43,192 bases of DNA from a bacterium (GCA_021813945.1 JAKAJD010000003.1:1-43192), one strand, 5' to 3'. Positions 8,755-17,560 are shown, numbered from the stretch's first letter. The notes: generated by a model from the letters alone, not told the origin. Made by a program: numbers and translations.

Positions 8755-8958
8755 TAAATGTGAACCTATTTCCAATTCCGCCCATTGAGCCTTATCAATA
8801 ATTCTCCGCATAAGGGATGCCAAATGTTTTCTACACCTTACACATGGGGATGGGGCTTTCGTAGAAATATATTCATCAATCGCTTCTGTCAGAAGAATTA
8901 AATCTTGCCTATCTACCTCTAATTGATAATACCTCTTTTTATTGTTTATATTCTTCAT
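8752..8958 (-). CDS. Small hypothetical protein (CxxC)
   Basis: 68-aa ORF overlapping the upstream ATPase stop by 4 nt (ATGA). Confidence 0.6.
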   Translation of the reverse strand: MKNINNKKRYYQLEVDRQDLILLTEAIDEYISTKAPSPCVRCRKHLASLMRRIIDKAQWAELEIGSHL

Positions 8959-10250
8959 ATCGATTCACCCCCTGTGTCTGCTGACATTTCGGGTAAGGAC
9001 TCGTCTGACCCAAAAATCTCTTTGGCGGTTTCAACAATATCTTCGTGTGGTTTGGCATTACCAAGGAGTTCTCTTGTGGACTCTTTTATTCTCCACCTGT
9101 CTGCCACGCCTTGTCCTTGATGTTCTCTATCGATAAGTCCAAGCCCATTGAGGTCTTCCAATAATCTCCTGGTTGTGTTTGTGGGATAGCCGATTTTCGT
9201 TGCTATTTCTGCTGTAGTGAGATAGTCTTGCGTTTCAAGTAAAATTCCTATTGCTAATTTTCGCTTTATCGGTAAACAGTCAAAGCCAACTTTATATACC
9301 AGTTCATAGTCCTCATCAGCAAACTCACCATTACGCATTAAAGCCATTGCCGAGCATAAAGTGATGAGTTGTTTGGCAAGTCGAGTAGGAAGTTCAACAT
9401 CAGGTATTTGTTCAATCTCTCTCGTAGAATAACTTTCTCTAATAACGCCACTTCTTGCTCTGGTTACAAAACTTGCAAGATTAGCAATTCGGTCTATCAA
9501 CGATTCAGGAAGTGAGTAATTTGTCTCTGGGACGTTGATGCTTTCAATATAATCAGTAAAAGCAGTCTGAATTTCCGTTCTCATTGCCGTTTCACCTCCA
9601 CTATTTGCAATTGCTTTCTTGGCTACAGCTATGTAATCGGGTTGCAGGGGGCGGTATTGGATAAAACGCTCTCCTAATACCGTGTATATTTCGTGATGTC
9701 TATCAATAACGGTGGTGACACCAGCGATAAAGCCTATTTTGCCTTGCCACTCCTTTGTTTCTCCAGTTCCAAATTCTTTGCGATAGGTGCCGTCGAATAT
9801 TTCTCGTAGCTGCGAAATAATAACCTGCTGTTTATCACGGTGCATACTGAGCACTGTCGTGAAGTCTTTCAAGGTAAGAATTGTTCCGGTTGGTATACGC
9901 AATAATAAACTTGCGTTTTTGTTACCCTTTTCACCACTGAGGAAAGTTTGCGTTGTTAGGTCAGATAAAGCGTATATTTTCTCAATTTTGTTGAGTCCTC
10001 GAATAAGCTCTGTTTTTGTGGCTCCTGGCGGAGCGACGATAAACAACCACACAGGGTCGGCATTTAAACGGTTGGCGATAACAGTTGCAGCAAGCAATCG
10101 AAGAATACCCTTATCTTTTATTAACAGCCACTTATTCACGATACTTTCCAGTGTGTTAAAGTCTATCGGATGCCTGTCCTCAAGCAGGTTCTTTTCTATT
10201 TCTAAGAATTTTTGCTCTATTTTTTGCTCGTTAAATGAATAATTTGTCAT
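8955..10250 (-). CDS. AAA+/MCM-like ATPase with C-terminal wHTH, putative replicative helicase
   Basis: Walker A-like VAPPGATKTE, Walker B-like ILTLKDF, QLREIFDG, GFIAGVT, LGERF arginine-finger region, C-terminal TTAEIATKIGYPTNTTRRLLEDL HTH. Confidence 0.7.
   Translation of the reverse strand: MTNYSFNEQKIEQKFLEIEKNLLEDRHPIDFNTLESIVNKWLLIKDKGILRLLAATVIANRLNADPVWLFIVAPPGATKTELIRGLNKIEKIYALSDLTTQTFLSGEKGNKNASLLLRIPTGTILTLKDFTTVLSMHRDKQQVIISQLREIFDGTYRKEFGTGETKEWQGKIGFIAGVTTVIDRHHEIYTVLGERFIQYRPLQPDYIAVAKKAIANSGGETAMRTEIQTAFTDYIESINVPETNYSLPESLIDRIANLASFVTRARSGVIRESYSTREIEQIPDVELPTRLAKQLITLCSAMALMRNGEFADEDYELVYKVGFDCLPIKRKLAIGILLETQDYLTTAEIATKIGYPTNTTRRLLEDLNGLGLIDREHQGQGVADRWRIKESTRELLGNAKPHEDIVETAKEIFGSDESLPEMSADTGGESI
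8983..8996 (-). repeat. Element B dispersed motif TTACCCGAAATGTC, copy 1
   Basis: GACATTTCGGGTAA on the plus strand; exact match to the reverse complement of 17563-17576. Confidence 0.75.
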
Positions 10251-10882
10251 AGATTTCCATTGAGATAATTAACTGCTTCTTTGAATGAATAGTTGTGTAG
10301 TAACCGGACAAGATTGATAGAATTACCCCCTTGATTACACCCAAAACACCAACAGGTATTTGAATCAGGGTAAATAAAGAATGAAGGCGTATGTTCTTCG
10401 TGAAGTGGGCATAAACATACGATTCTGCTTCCGCTTCTGCGAAGCCTCACATCCTTACTGAGGAGTGTTTCGATAGGCACTTGAAGTGCTGAGGACATTT
10501 CGTCTTCACTCAATCTGTTTAATTTCTTTGCTTGCCTATTTTTACTAATCCAGAGGAGATGTTTCAGTCTTGAAATGTGGGTATCAACTTCAAATAGCTT
10601 CTGTCCCTCCGTTGCTTTTATCCATTCCCTCCAAAACCATTGCGTAAAGTCGTCTTTAATCTCTCTTTTAATATACGAAAGCTTATTTGCTATGGTTTGC
10701 ACTAACAAGACTCGGTCTACCTCGAATTCTGAGATTTTAACGGGGATAATTTCTTTTGCTTCAGGAAATATTGCCAATAGCTCTTTATCTGTATATTTAG
10801 GCTGGCTTTTTCGCCATTCTTTTTCCAGCTCAAAGGCATAGTCAAGATACTCATCGTCTATTACTAAGGTTTTATTATTCAT
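10247..10882 (-). CDS. Stand-alone CHC2 (DnaG-type) primase zinc-finger protein
   Basis: C-terminal CPLHEEHTPSF...WCFGCNQGGN; no TOPRIM domain; ATGA overlap with the ATPase gene. Confidence 0.85.
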   Translation of the reverse strand: MNNKTLVIDDEYLDYAFELEKEWRKSQPKYTDKELLAIFPEAKEIIPVKISEFEVDRVLLVQTIANKLSYIKREIKDDFTQWFWREWIKATEGQKLFEVDTHISRLKHLLWISKNRQAKKLNRLSEDEMSSALQVPIETLLSKDVRLRRSGSRIVCLCPLHEEHTPSFFIYPDSNTCWCFGCNQGGNSINLVRLLHNYSFKEAVNYLNGNL

Positions 10883-11018
10883 AGTTGATTTTTATTAGTA
10901 GTTCAAAAAACATAACCAGAGAATTTCCAATTTCAGATAGTTCGGATGGAGTTAAACTAACTCCGTAATCCTCTTCAATAATAGTCTTGAGCTCTTGTAA
11001 TAGTTGTTGACTAACCAT
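10875..11018 (-). CDS. 47-aa microprotein (not in ORF track)
   Basis: Manual translation: MVSQQLLQELKTIIEEDYGVSLTPSELSEIGNSLVMFFELLIKINYE*; overlaps the next start codon; similar to 2330-2473. Confidence 0.8.
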   Translation of the reverse strand: MVSQQLLQELKTIIEEDYGVSLTPSELSEIGNSLVMFFELLIKINYE

Positions 11019-11020
11019 AG

Positions 11021-11275
11021 CTATCTTTCTCCGTAAATCCTCCCTTTAATTACCTTGAGCTGGTTAAAGTAAGCCAAAGGCTCGACTCTGACCTCTCTTC
11101 GCCAAAAAGACTCAATAAGCTCATCGAGTTGTTCGTTGCGTTGGAACAGAAAACTAACTTTGTGAGGAGAGGTTCTGTCTATCGAATCAATAGGAAACCA
11201 AAGTGATATAGCAGTAGCCAACGGGAGACTTTGTGTGGAGTAAATAGTATCCAGTTTTATGTTTTCTTGGCTCAT
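11021..11275 (-). CDS. DUF5659-like small protein
   Basis: YSTQSLPLATAI...IDRTSPHKVSFLF...FWRREVRVEPLAYFNQLKVIKGRIY; paralog of 2475-2723. Confidence 0.78.
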   Translation of the reverse strand: MSQENIKLDTIYSTQSLPLATAISLWFPIDSIDRTSPHKVSFLFQRNEQLDELIESFWRREVRVEPLAYFNQLKVIKGRIYGER

Positions 11276-11355
11276 ACTTATGCAAATAAAAAAGCTCTGA
11301 ACTTTTACATCCAGAGCTTACCAAGTGAGCCTCTTGAAATTGTGACACTAATTTT

Positions 11356-12207
11356 TCATTTTTTGTGTAGTAGAAGTCTTGCTCGCTCTTTTAATCGTTG
11401 TTTTTGTTTACGCACGACTTGACTCCTTTTACCAGTATTATCATTAAATATTCTGGTTGCTAAGTCTGTCGAGGTAACCTTGTGGTGCTCTTCCTCACCC
11501 CCAAGCCCTCTTGCAAAATCGAACCGGTGTTCAATCTGTCCCATTTTTCTTGTTTTCAAAGCCGTATCAAGAGTGCGGAAACGCCTGCGTATATTTTTGC
11601 TTCTTTTTAGAATTTCTTTAAGCTCTCTATATGCCTGTCTAAACTTGGGTTTTGGTATTTGCGGGTTATTTCCGACTATTCCTTTAAAGCAGGCGAGAAT
11701 AAATTTTTTCTCTTGAGTGGTAAGCACAAACCTTTCTATTTCGTCAACGTGGTTTATTACTTGGTTAATAAGTTCGAAGTTATAGGAGGGAATATATGAT
11801 GGTTTGCCATAAAGTAGATAGTCTTGTACCCAATCGTAAAAATTCAGTGGCAATTTATACTCTTGTATAAGGTCAGTAATCGTTTTTTCAAGCATTTCCC
11901 GTTTCGCGGGTGGCAATGATTCTAGCCAGTCGTGTACTTCGATGTCTACGCTCCTGCCTTCGTACTCAATTTGTATGGTTTTAAAATCATGATTGGGGTT
12001 CAGACTGGGGATTTTAAATTGTGTTTGTATATCTCGGATTTCCGCGTTAAACTTCTTATCCCGTTTAAGATAAGTCGCAATCTCCTCATTTAGATTGCTT
12101 CGCACTCCAAAGAATTTTTCGGCTTCACGCCACAAACTTATTTGAATTAGAGTGCCAATGGGAGAAAGTTTCTTTAATGTATTGATGTGTTTTTTCTTTA
12201 ATCTCAT
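11356..12207 (-). CDS. Hypothetical protein with a basic C-terminus
   Basis: 283-aa ORF, first gene of the leftward backbone operon. Confidence 0.7.
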   Translation of the reverse strand: MRLKKKHINTLKKLSPIGTLIQISLWREAEKFFGVRSNLNEEIATYLKRDKKFNAEIRDIQTQFKIPSLNPNHDFKTIQIEYEGRSVDIEVHDWLESLPPAKREMLEKTITDLIQEYKLPLNFYDWVQDYLLYGKPSYIPSYNFELINQVINHVDEIERFVLTTQEKKFILACFKGIVGNNPQIPKPKFRQAYRELKEILKRSKNIRRRFRTLDTALKTRKMGQIEHRFDFARGLGGEEEHHKVTSTDLATRIFNDNTGKRSQVVRKQKQRLKERARLLLHKK

Positions 12208-12225
12208 TCTTATGTTTATACTTCG

Positions 12226-12242
12226 GTTTACCCGAAAAGTCG
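12226..12242 (+). repeat. Element B dispersed motif, copy 2
   Basis: GTTTACCCGAAAAGTCG, 16/17 identical to 17561-17577; in the divergent promoter region. Confidence 0.75.
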
Positions 12243-12272
12243 GTTAATTGATTTAGCCTGGTGATAGTGTAT

Positions 12273-12292
12273 ACTAATATCAAGTAATATCA
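12273..12292 (+). promoter_or_regulatory. 10-bp tandem direct repeats upstream of the excisionase-like gene
   Basis: ACTAATATCA-AGTAATATCA, ending 11 bp before ATG 12304; TATCAAGTAAT(A/G)TCAA is 15/16 identical to 8730-8745. Confidence 0.65.
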
Positions 12293-12303
12293 AAGAATAA
12301 TTT

Positions 12304-12489
12304 ATGAAAAAAGACAATAGCGAAGGTTTAATTAAGCTTAGCGAGGCATGTAAGATTCTGAATGTTCACCCCCAAACGCTCCGGCAGTGGGATAGAAAAG
12401 GGATTCTAAAAGCTGTGAGGTTTGGACAAAGAGGTGATAGGAGATATAGAAAGGAAGATATCTTAAAATTAATTGGCAAAAAAACTTAG
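12304..12489 (+). CDS. MerR-type HTH, excisionase/RDF-like
   Basis: LIKLSEACKILNVHPQTLRQWDRKG...GDRRYRKEDI. Confidence 0.9.
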   Translation: MKKDNSEGLIKLSEACKILNVHPQTLRQWDRKGILKAVRFGQRGDRRYRKEDILKLIGKKT

Positions 12490-12491
12490 TT

Positions 12492-12908
12492 ATGAATCTA
12501 AATATTAAGGAATTCTTGTCGTCAAGCCTTGTAGATGCAGTAAAAAGGCTTGGCATAGTTGGGACGATTTCTTATGTAGGAGCTGCCACTGTTTTCGTTG
12601 TTCTCCTTTTGGTCAATTTTAATGCGGAACCTGTAAAAGCTGGCGTGTTGTTAAGCATAGGCGTTGCCTTGTTAATGTACTCAGGAGCAATCTATTGGTC
12701 TGAAACAAAACAAGAAACCGAGAAAATGAAGGAGGCTTTAGGAGTTCTGCGTGAGGTATATAACCGTATGGCCGAACAAATATCAACAGCAGATAAAGAT
12801 AAAACCGTTTCAATAACCATGACTATTGATAACCTGCCAGATAAAATTGCAGAGGTTATTAAGAAGACTTCAATTCAAGGAAAAGAAAGTCATGAAACAA
12901 AAAAATAA
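12492..12908 (+). CDS. Two-TM membrane protein with coiled-coil tail
   Basis: Two hydrophobic segments followed by a charged helical region. Confidence 0.7.
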   Translation: MNLNIKEFLSSSLVDAVKRLGIVGTISYVGAATVFVVLLLVNFNAEPVKAGVLLSIGVALLMYSGAIYWSETKQETEKMKEALGVLREVYNRMAEQISTADKDKTVSITMTIDNLPDKIAEVIKKTSIQGKESHETKK

Positions 12909-13635
12909 ATTTGCATTAGTTACAGGAGCATCCACAGGCATCGGTAGAGCAATTGCTATTGAATTAGCAAAATCAGGTGTTTATGTTGGATTGGTTGCTC
13001 GAACTGAGGATAGACTAAAAATAACTAAAAAATTAATTGAACAAGGAGGTGGTCAAGTTGAAATCTTCATTGCTGATTTGAGCAGAGTTGAGTCGATAAA
13101 TAACTTAATTTTTCAAGTTAAAAACAAAACGAAAAAGATTAGTATTTTAATAAACGTTGCTGGAATATGGCATGGAGACGATGAGGTATTTGCGGATAAA
13201 GATTTTGATACCTTTTCCCAGAAAGTAATTCTTGATACTTATCATGTTGGCATGATTGCCCCTACCTTACTTGCTCACGCTCTCATACCCTTAATGCTAA
13301 GGGGTAGCAGAATAATAAACATTTCAGGTACTTTTGAAAGTGGTGCTAAGGGATGGCTACCTTACTTTGTATCAAAGAAAGCAATAGAAGACTTGACCAT
13401 CGGTTTGGCTGAGGAGTTGAAAGACAAAGGCATAACAGCCAATGCTATTTCTCCTTCTGATACTGCTACGGAAGCCTACAAAAAGTATTTTCCTCAGTAT
13501 ATGGCAGAGGCTATTGAACCAGAAGAAATCGCCAAATTTGCAGTATATTTGTGCTCACCTCAGGCAAGTGACATTTCGGGTAAAGTGTTTGTGTTGAAAA
13601 AGGGCAAACAACCTTTTGAGGGATATCATACTTAA
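12892..13635 (+). CDS. Short-chain dehydrogenase/reductase (start reassigned to ATG 12892)
   Basis: TGASTGIG glycine-rich motif, NVAG, YFVSK catalytic YxxxK. Confidence 0.92.
   Translation: MKQKNKFALVTGASTGIGRAIAIELAKSGVYVGLVARTEDRLKITKKLIEQGGGQVEIFIADLSRVESINNLIFQVKNKTKKISILINVAGIWHGDDEVFADKDFDTFSQKVILDTYHVGMIAPTLLAHALIPLMLRGSRIINISGTFESGAKGWLPYFVSKKAIEDLTIGLAEELKDKGITANAISPSDTATEAYKKYFPQYMAEAIEPEEIAKFAVYLCSPQASDISGKVFVLKKGKQPFEGYHT
13570..13584 (-). repeat. Element B dispersed motif, copy 3 (inside the SDR gene)
   Basis: GACATTTCGGGTAAA, a 15-bp exact match to the reverse complement of 17562-17576. Confidence 0.7.
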
Positions 13636-13653
13636 GAAAATAAAAAAAGCATT

Positions 13654-14121
13654 ATGGCAAGTAGAGATAGAGATGAAGATAAACTTCGCAAAAGGCTTGT
13701 TTCAGCATTAAGAGAAATCTTAACAAAGAATGACCCCGAACTTTTAGTTGAAGAAGTACACGGCGTTGGGGAGCATGGATTAGATATTATTTTTCTCGCT
13801 CGTGATTACTCCGGAGAAAAACATTGCTTCGGAATACAAGTAAAAGCAGTTAATATTTCCTGTCAGGGACACCCTACGAAGGATGTTAAAGAGATAATAG
13901 GGCAACTTACTATCGCAACAGGTTACGATTATAAATTCCAAGCAGATAATACCTATGAGTTTAGTGGCTTTTATGTTGTGACAGACAAAGAAGTTTCCGA
14001 AGTAGCAAAAAAGTATATCTCGTCGGCATTCAAACACGGAAAGCCAATTTACTATTTGTACGGCTCAAGATTGGAGAAGTTTCTACTAGACAACGAAAAT
14101 AAAAACATAACAAAACCATGA
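13654..14121 (+). CDS. Mrr-like PD-(D/E)xK restriction endonuclease-fold protein
   Basis: GEHGLDII...FGIQVK motif (D...QxK), FYVVT strand; 155 aa, stand-alone. Confidence 0.8.
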   Translation: MASRDRDEDKLRKRLVSALREILTKNDPELLVEEVHGVGEHGLDIIFLARDYSGEKHCFGIQVKAVNISCQGHPTKDVKEIIGQLTIATGYDYKFQADNTYEFSGFYVVTDKEVSEVAKKYISSAFKHGKPIYYLYGSRLEKFLLDNENKNITKP

Positions 14122-16295
14122 AAATAAAATTTGAATTTAAAGACGACAAGAGTAACCCTACGGAACAAGTAAAAGCATTCATCGCATACTGGCTGGAAGA
14201 ACATGGTATCAGAGATGAGGTAAAAGTATTATCCCCAGAAAAAATTTTGGGTAAAGGAGCAGACTATTTTGTTATAAATTCTGGACTTCTAATTGAAGCG
14301 ACCCAGTTGATTGACAATGAAGATTTAGCTAGGAGTGCTAAGTGGGCTATTACGGTAAATACTCTAAGCAAATTAATTAAAGAAGATAGCAGATTTTCTT
14401 CGATTAAAGGATTGCATTCTATTTCTACACCAGAAAACTTCGGTCTTAAAGCATCGCAACTAAAAAACGAGTCTGTATTAAATACAAAGATAAGTAAGGC
14501 TGTTGACGACATAATTAAAGCAATTTTGTCTAAAAGACCAGAAGTGGATGTATTTGGATATAAACTAAGAGTTGAAAAAGTTAACGAGGTTGACGATGGT
14601 ATTTATTTCTCAACCATAGGAAGAGCGAGGTCTATTAGTGTAGCAGGAATTTTCCATGAGAATTTGAGGAAAAAATTTGACAAGGCCAATACACAGCTTG
14701 GGATAGAAGAAATTGATGGAGCCAAGGTTAAGAGCAGAGTGCTTCTAATTGTAAATAAATATCGTTTGCTAACTTTCGATTGGGATTTATTTGAGGGACT
14801 CAGTTATTCATATAAAGAGCTAGTCGAGAAATACAGCAACATCAGCGAGATTTGGTTTCAAGCTGAAGACGGGGAAGGTAAATATCAGCATAAGTTGCTT
14901 TACAGAAAGGCTATCTTTACGCAGTTTGAAAACATGGATTTCTCAAATATGAACAGCCAAGATTACGAGGTCTTCGCAAAGTGGTTTTCAGCGCTTGAGA
15001 AATTAGATGATAATAAAAAACAAATCTTAATCGAGGCTCTTAAAATTCTATTAAAAAGACACTCACCTCATAAAATCTTTCCTGACCCCCAGACGAGAAT
15101 TGAAATGGTAAGGTATGGAAGATGGCTTGCCGAGAACAACAAAAGGAATGACGCAAACTGGCTGATAAAGCAATTTCTTAACGACCCTGACCCAAGCGAC
15201 CCCCCAACTGGGGACAAAAAAGATTATGGTAATGAGTTGCATGAAAGCATTAAGAAAGCAACTAAATCTGATATACATGCGATACATACTGTAAAAGGTC
15301 ATTTGGCATGGACTGTTCAATTGCTATCACTAAAAAAAGATTTTCTTCTCAAAGAGTCTTATGGTTATACACAAGGGGTGCTAAGAAGTACTAAGCACTT
15401 ATATTTAATCCTTCAGTGGATATTCCCACTAATCGAAATATCTAATAGACGATTCTGGTTAAAGGAACTCGATGAAAAACTTTATGAAGATTTTAGGAAG
15501 CTATGCTTTGAGCTTCTTGAGTCTTATTCAAAATATCCTGATATAGCAAAAGGGTTAGTTCATGTTTTTCATTACTTCAAGGAATTAACCACAGAGGAGA
15601 CTAAAGAAGTACTAAATAAACTTGAGAAAGCCGATGATTATGAAACGTTACTTCTTTATTTTGCAATATACAGAGAAAAGCACTTCAAAGAGGAAAAATA
15701 CAATAAAGAGATTAGAGATTACAATCCTACATATGCAAAGAAAAAACTTGAAGAGACGATATTAAATGACGATAACGGACTTCTCAATCTGCGTTCGGGA
15801 ATAGCTTGGAATATTTGGAAGATACTATCAGAGGATGAAAAAGAGCTTGAAACCCTTATCCCATTAATAGACAGTTTTTTAACAAGCCCTTACGATGGTC
15901 ATCTTTTTCACAATTTTGAGAGAATTGTTGAGGAGTATATTGATAAATTCCCAGAGAAAAGTATCACATGGTTTATACAAATAATTAAAGCTGCGAAACT
16001 GTATTTAGACAAAAAACCTGACGAAGGCAGAAACGTGTGGTTAAGCACCGAAATAGGAAAAGTATTAAGGAAAACAGCAGAGAAAAAACCCGAGCAACTG
16101 CTGGTACTAATAGAACTTCTATATGAAATGTGGATGAAAGGAGCGTTCGTGGGAACTATATCAGAGATTTTTACTTCGTATAAATTTATTGATAACAAAG
16201 AGCTTAGATTACAACTGGAAGGTAAGTTCAAGGAAATTTACTTTCGAATGAAAAAAGTGAATGAGAAACTTGAAAACGTAGATTGGTCTGAGTAA
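14118..16295 (+). CDS. 725-aa protein: possible N-terminal nuclease-like domain plus long alpha-helical C-terminus
   Basis: GADYF-x6-IEAT near the N-terminus resembles a PD-(D/E)xK-type centre; the C-terminal ~450 aa looks helical-repeat-like; ATGA overlap with the upstream nuclease gene. Confidence 0.7.
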   Translation: MKIKFEFKDDKSNPTEQVKAFIAYWLEEHGIRDEVKVLSPEKILGKGADYFVINSGLLIEATQLIDNEDLARSAKWAITVNTLSKLIKEDSRFSSIKGLHSISTPENFGLKASQLKNESVLNTKISKAVDDIIKAILSKRPEVDVFGYKLRVEKVNEVDDGIYFSTIGRARSISVAGIFHENLRKKFDKANTQLGIEEIDGAKVKSRVLLIVNKYRLLTFDWDLFEGLSYSYKELVEKYSNISEIWFQAEDGEGKYQHKLLYRKAIFTQFENMDFSNMNSQDYEVFAKWFSALEKLDDNKKQILIEALKILLKRHSPHKIFPDPQTRIEMVRYGRWLAENNKRNDANWLIKQFLNDPDPSDPPTGDKKDYGNELHESIKKATKSDIHAIHTVKGHLAWTVQLLSLKKDFLLKESYGYTQGVLRSTKHLYLILQWIFPLIEISNRRFWLKELDEKLYEDFRKLCFELLESYSKYPDIAKGLVHVFHYFKELTTEETKEVLNKLEKADDYETLLLYFAIYREKHFKEEKYNKEIRDYNPTYAKKKLEETILNDDNGLLNLRSGIAWNIWKILSEDEKELETLIPLIDSFLTSPYDGHLFHNFERIVEEYIDKFPEKSITWFIQIIKAAKLYLDKKPDEGRNVWLSTEIGKVLRKTAEKKPEQLLVLIELLYEMWMKGAFVGTISEIFTSYKFIDNKELRLQLEGKFKEIYFRMKKVNEKLENVDWSE

Positions 16296-16303
16296 TTATC
16301 GAC

Positions 16304-16317
16304 TTTACCTAAATGTC
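16304..16317 (+). repeat. Element B dispersed motif, degenerate copy 4
   Basis: TTTACCTAAATGTC versus TTTACCCGAAATGTC. Confidence 0.45.
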
Positions 16318-16325
16318 AGAGGGGA

Positions 16326-16535
16326 TTATTTTTCAAACAATTGAGCTAATTCTATTTCAAGAGCACGAGCAATCTTAGTGAGAGTTTTTAGGGTTGGATT
16401 TCTTTTTCCACTTTCTATATCCACAATCGAACGAGCTTCGATTTTTGTAAGCTCCGCTAATTTTTCCTGAGTCATATCCTTCTCTTTCCGTAACCTTTTT
16501 ATCCGTTCGCCTACTTTTTTGTAAGTCCCAATCAT
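16326..16535 (-). CDS. XRE-family HTH regulator
   Basis: GERIKRLRKEKDMTQEKLAE...IESGKRNPTLKTL. Confidence 0.9.
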   Translation of the reverse strand: MIGTYKKVGERIKRLRKEKDMTQEKLAELTKIEARSIVDIESGKRNPTLKTLTKIARALEIELAQLFEK

Positions 16536-16549
16536 ATTGACTAAAGTGT

Positions 16550-16615
16550 GAAATATATGTAAGATTTAAACCAGGAAATATATTTCGGATTTTTATTAAA
16601 ATAGACTGAAATATA
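16550..16615. promoter_or_regulatory. Candidate XRE operators (GAAATATA x3)
   Basis: GAAATATA at 16550, 16575 and 16608; 16575-16586 is the perfect palindrome GAAATATATTTC; lies in the divergent promoter region. Confidence 0.55.
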
Positions 16616-16676
16616 GGCATAAAAAGAATAAAAAATACTTTGGATTAAACAACCAAAAGATTAATAAAAACTACTT

Positions 16677-17027
16677 ATGAATAGAACTTTTAGCGGTACA
16701 CGATTTTTAAAACTATTTCAAATAATTTCAGCCTCATCCATTCTAATTGCTGTGTTAGCTCTTTTAGCTTCTAAATATTCTCTCCCCGTGGCATTTAGTA
16801 GTTATGAAAGAAAGCAACAATATTGTTATGACAAATACTGGAATGTAAGTATGCCAACGTACGCTTCCTGTTTTAGAAGGGAAGCAGACTACTGGTCTTT
16901 CTGGATTCAAGTAGAAGAAAAATCTCCTAGAATTCTTGTAGCTGTATTAGGTATCAATTTACTTGGATTTGGCTTATACAGATTTTTGTTTCCGCGTAGC
17001 CATAGAAGTCTGCATGCTGAAGCATAA
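16677..17027 (+). CDS. Small membrane protein with a Cys pair
   Basis: TM - loop (YCYD...ASCF) - TM. Confidence 0.6.
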   Translation: MNRTFSGTRFLKLFQIISASSILIAVLALLASKYSLPVAFSSYERKQQYCYDKYWNVSMPTYASCFRREADYWSFWIQVEEKSPRILVAVLGINLLGFGLYRFLFPRSHRSLHAEA

Positions 17028-17028
17028 T

Positions 17029-17208
17029 ATGATTAACTTAATTTACCGCATTCTCTATCTTTATACATTCGCATTTGCGTATTTTATTTCCATCGCCTTG
17101 CTGTATGAAACAGTATTTAACGGATGGAAACCATGGGGGCTGACGCTGTTATTGCCGGTTGATTTGTTCCTGATTCTCGTTTTTATCAACCGCCGGAAAA
17201 AAGCATGA
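17029..17208 (+). CDS. 59-aa two-TM protein (start reassigned to ATG 17029)
   Basis: Hydrophobic, basic C-terminus; starts 1 nt after the previous stop. Confidence 0.5.
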   Translation: MINLIYRILYLYTFAFAYFISIALLYETVFNGWKPWGLTLLLPVDLFLILVFINRRKKA

Positions 17209-17560
17209 TAAGTAATGATTACAGTCATACTACTGTAGTAATACAGTAATACTTATAGTGTGTGGTACGACACATTAAACACATAAAAATATGCTGCAAA
17301 GTGTGTAAGTAATTAACCCCCGTATTTCCAAATAGCCTCAAAAATAGATGTTTTTCGTGATACCCCCATTGATACTCACTGTTACTTTTATGTATACATG
17401 TATATGTGCTGCATGATACTTTATGATGATTTTTGTGATGACAAGTTATGACTTTATGATGTCTTGTTTTACCTGCGGTGTGCGGATATTGACCTGAAGG
17501 TTGAACAGGTTTGAGCAACTTGAAGTAGTAGTACCCTCCCTCGTCAAATTATGAAACTGA

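Noticed and set aside
13654-16295. Calling this a classical type II restriction-modification system controlled by the C-like protein
   Set aside because: No DNA methyltransferase motifs were found in either island, and the C-boxes are in element A, far from these genes.
17225-17518. His-rich 97-aa minus-strand ORF
   Set aside because: TTG start without SD; composition is the expected antisense product of ATG/GTG-rich low-complexity DNA.
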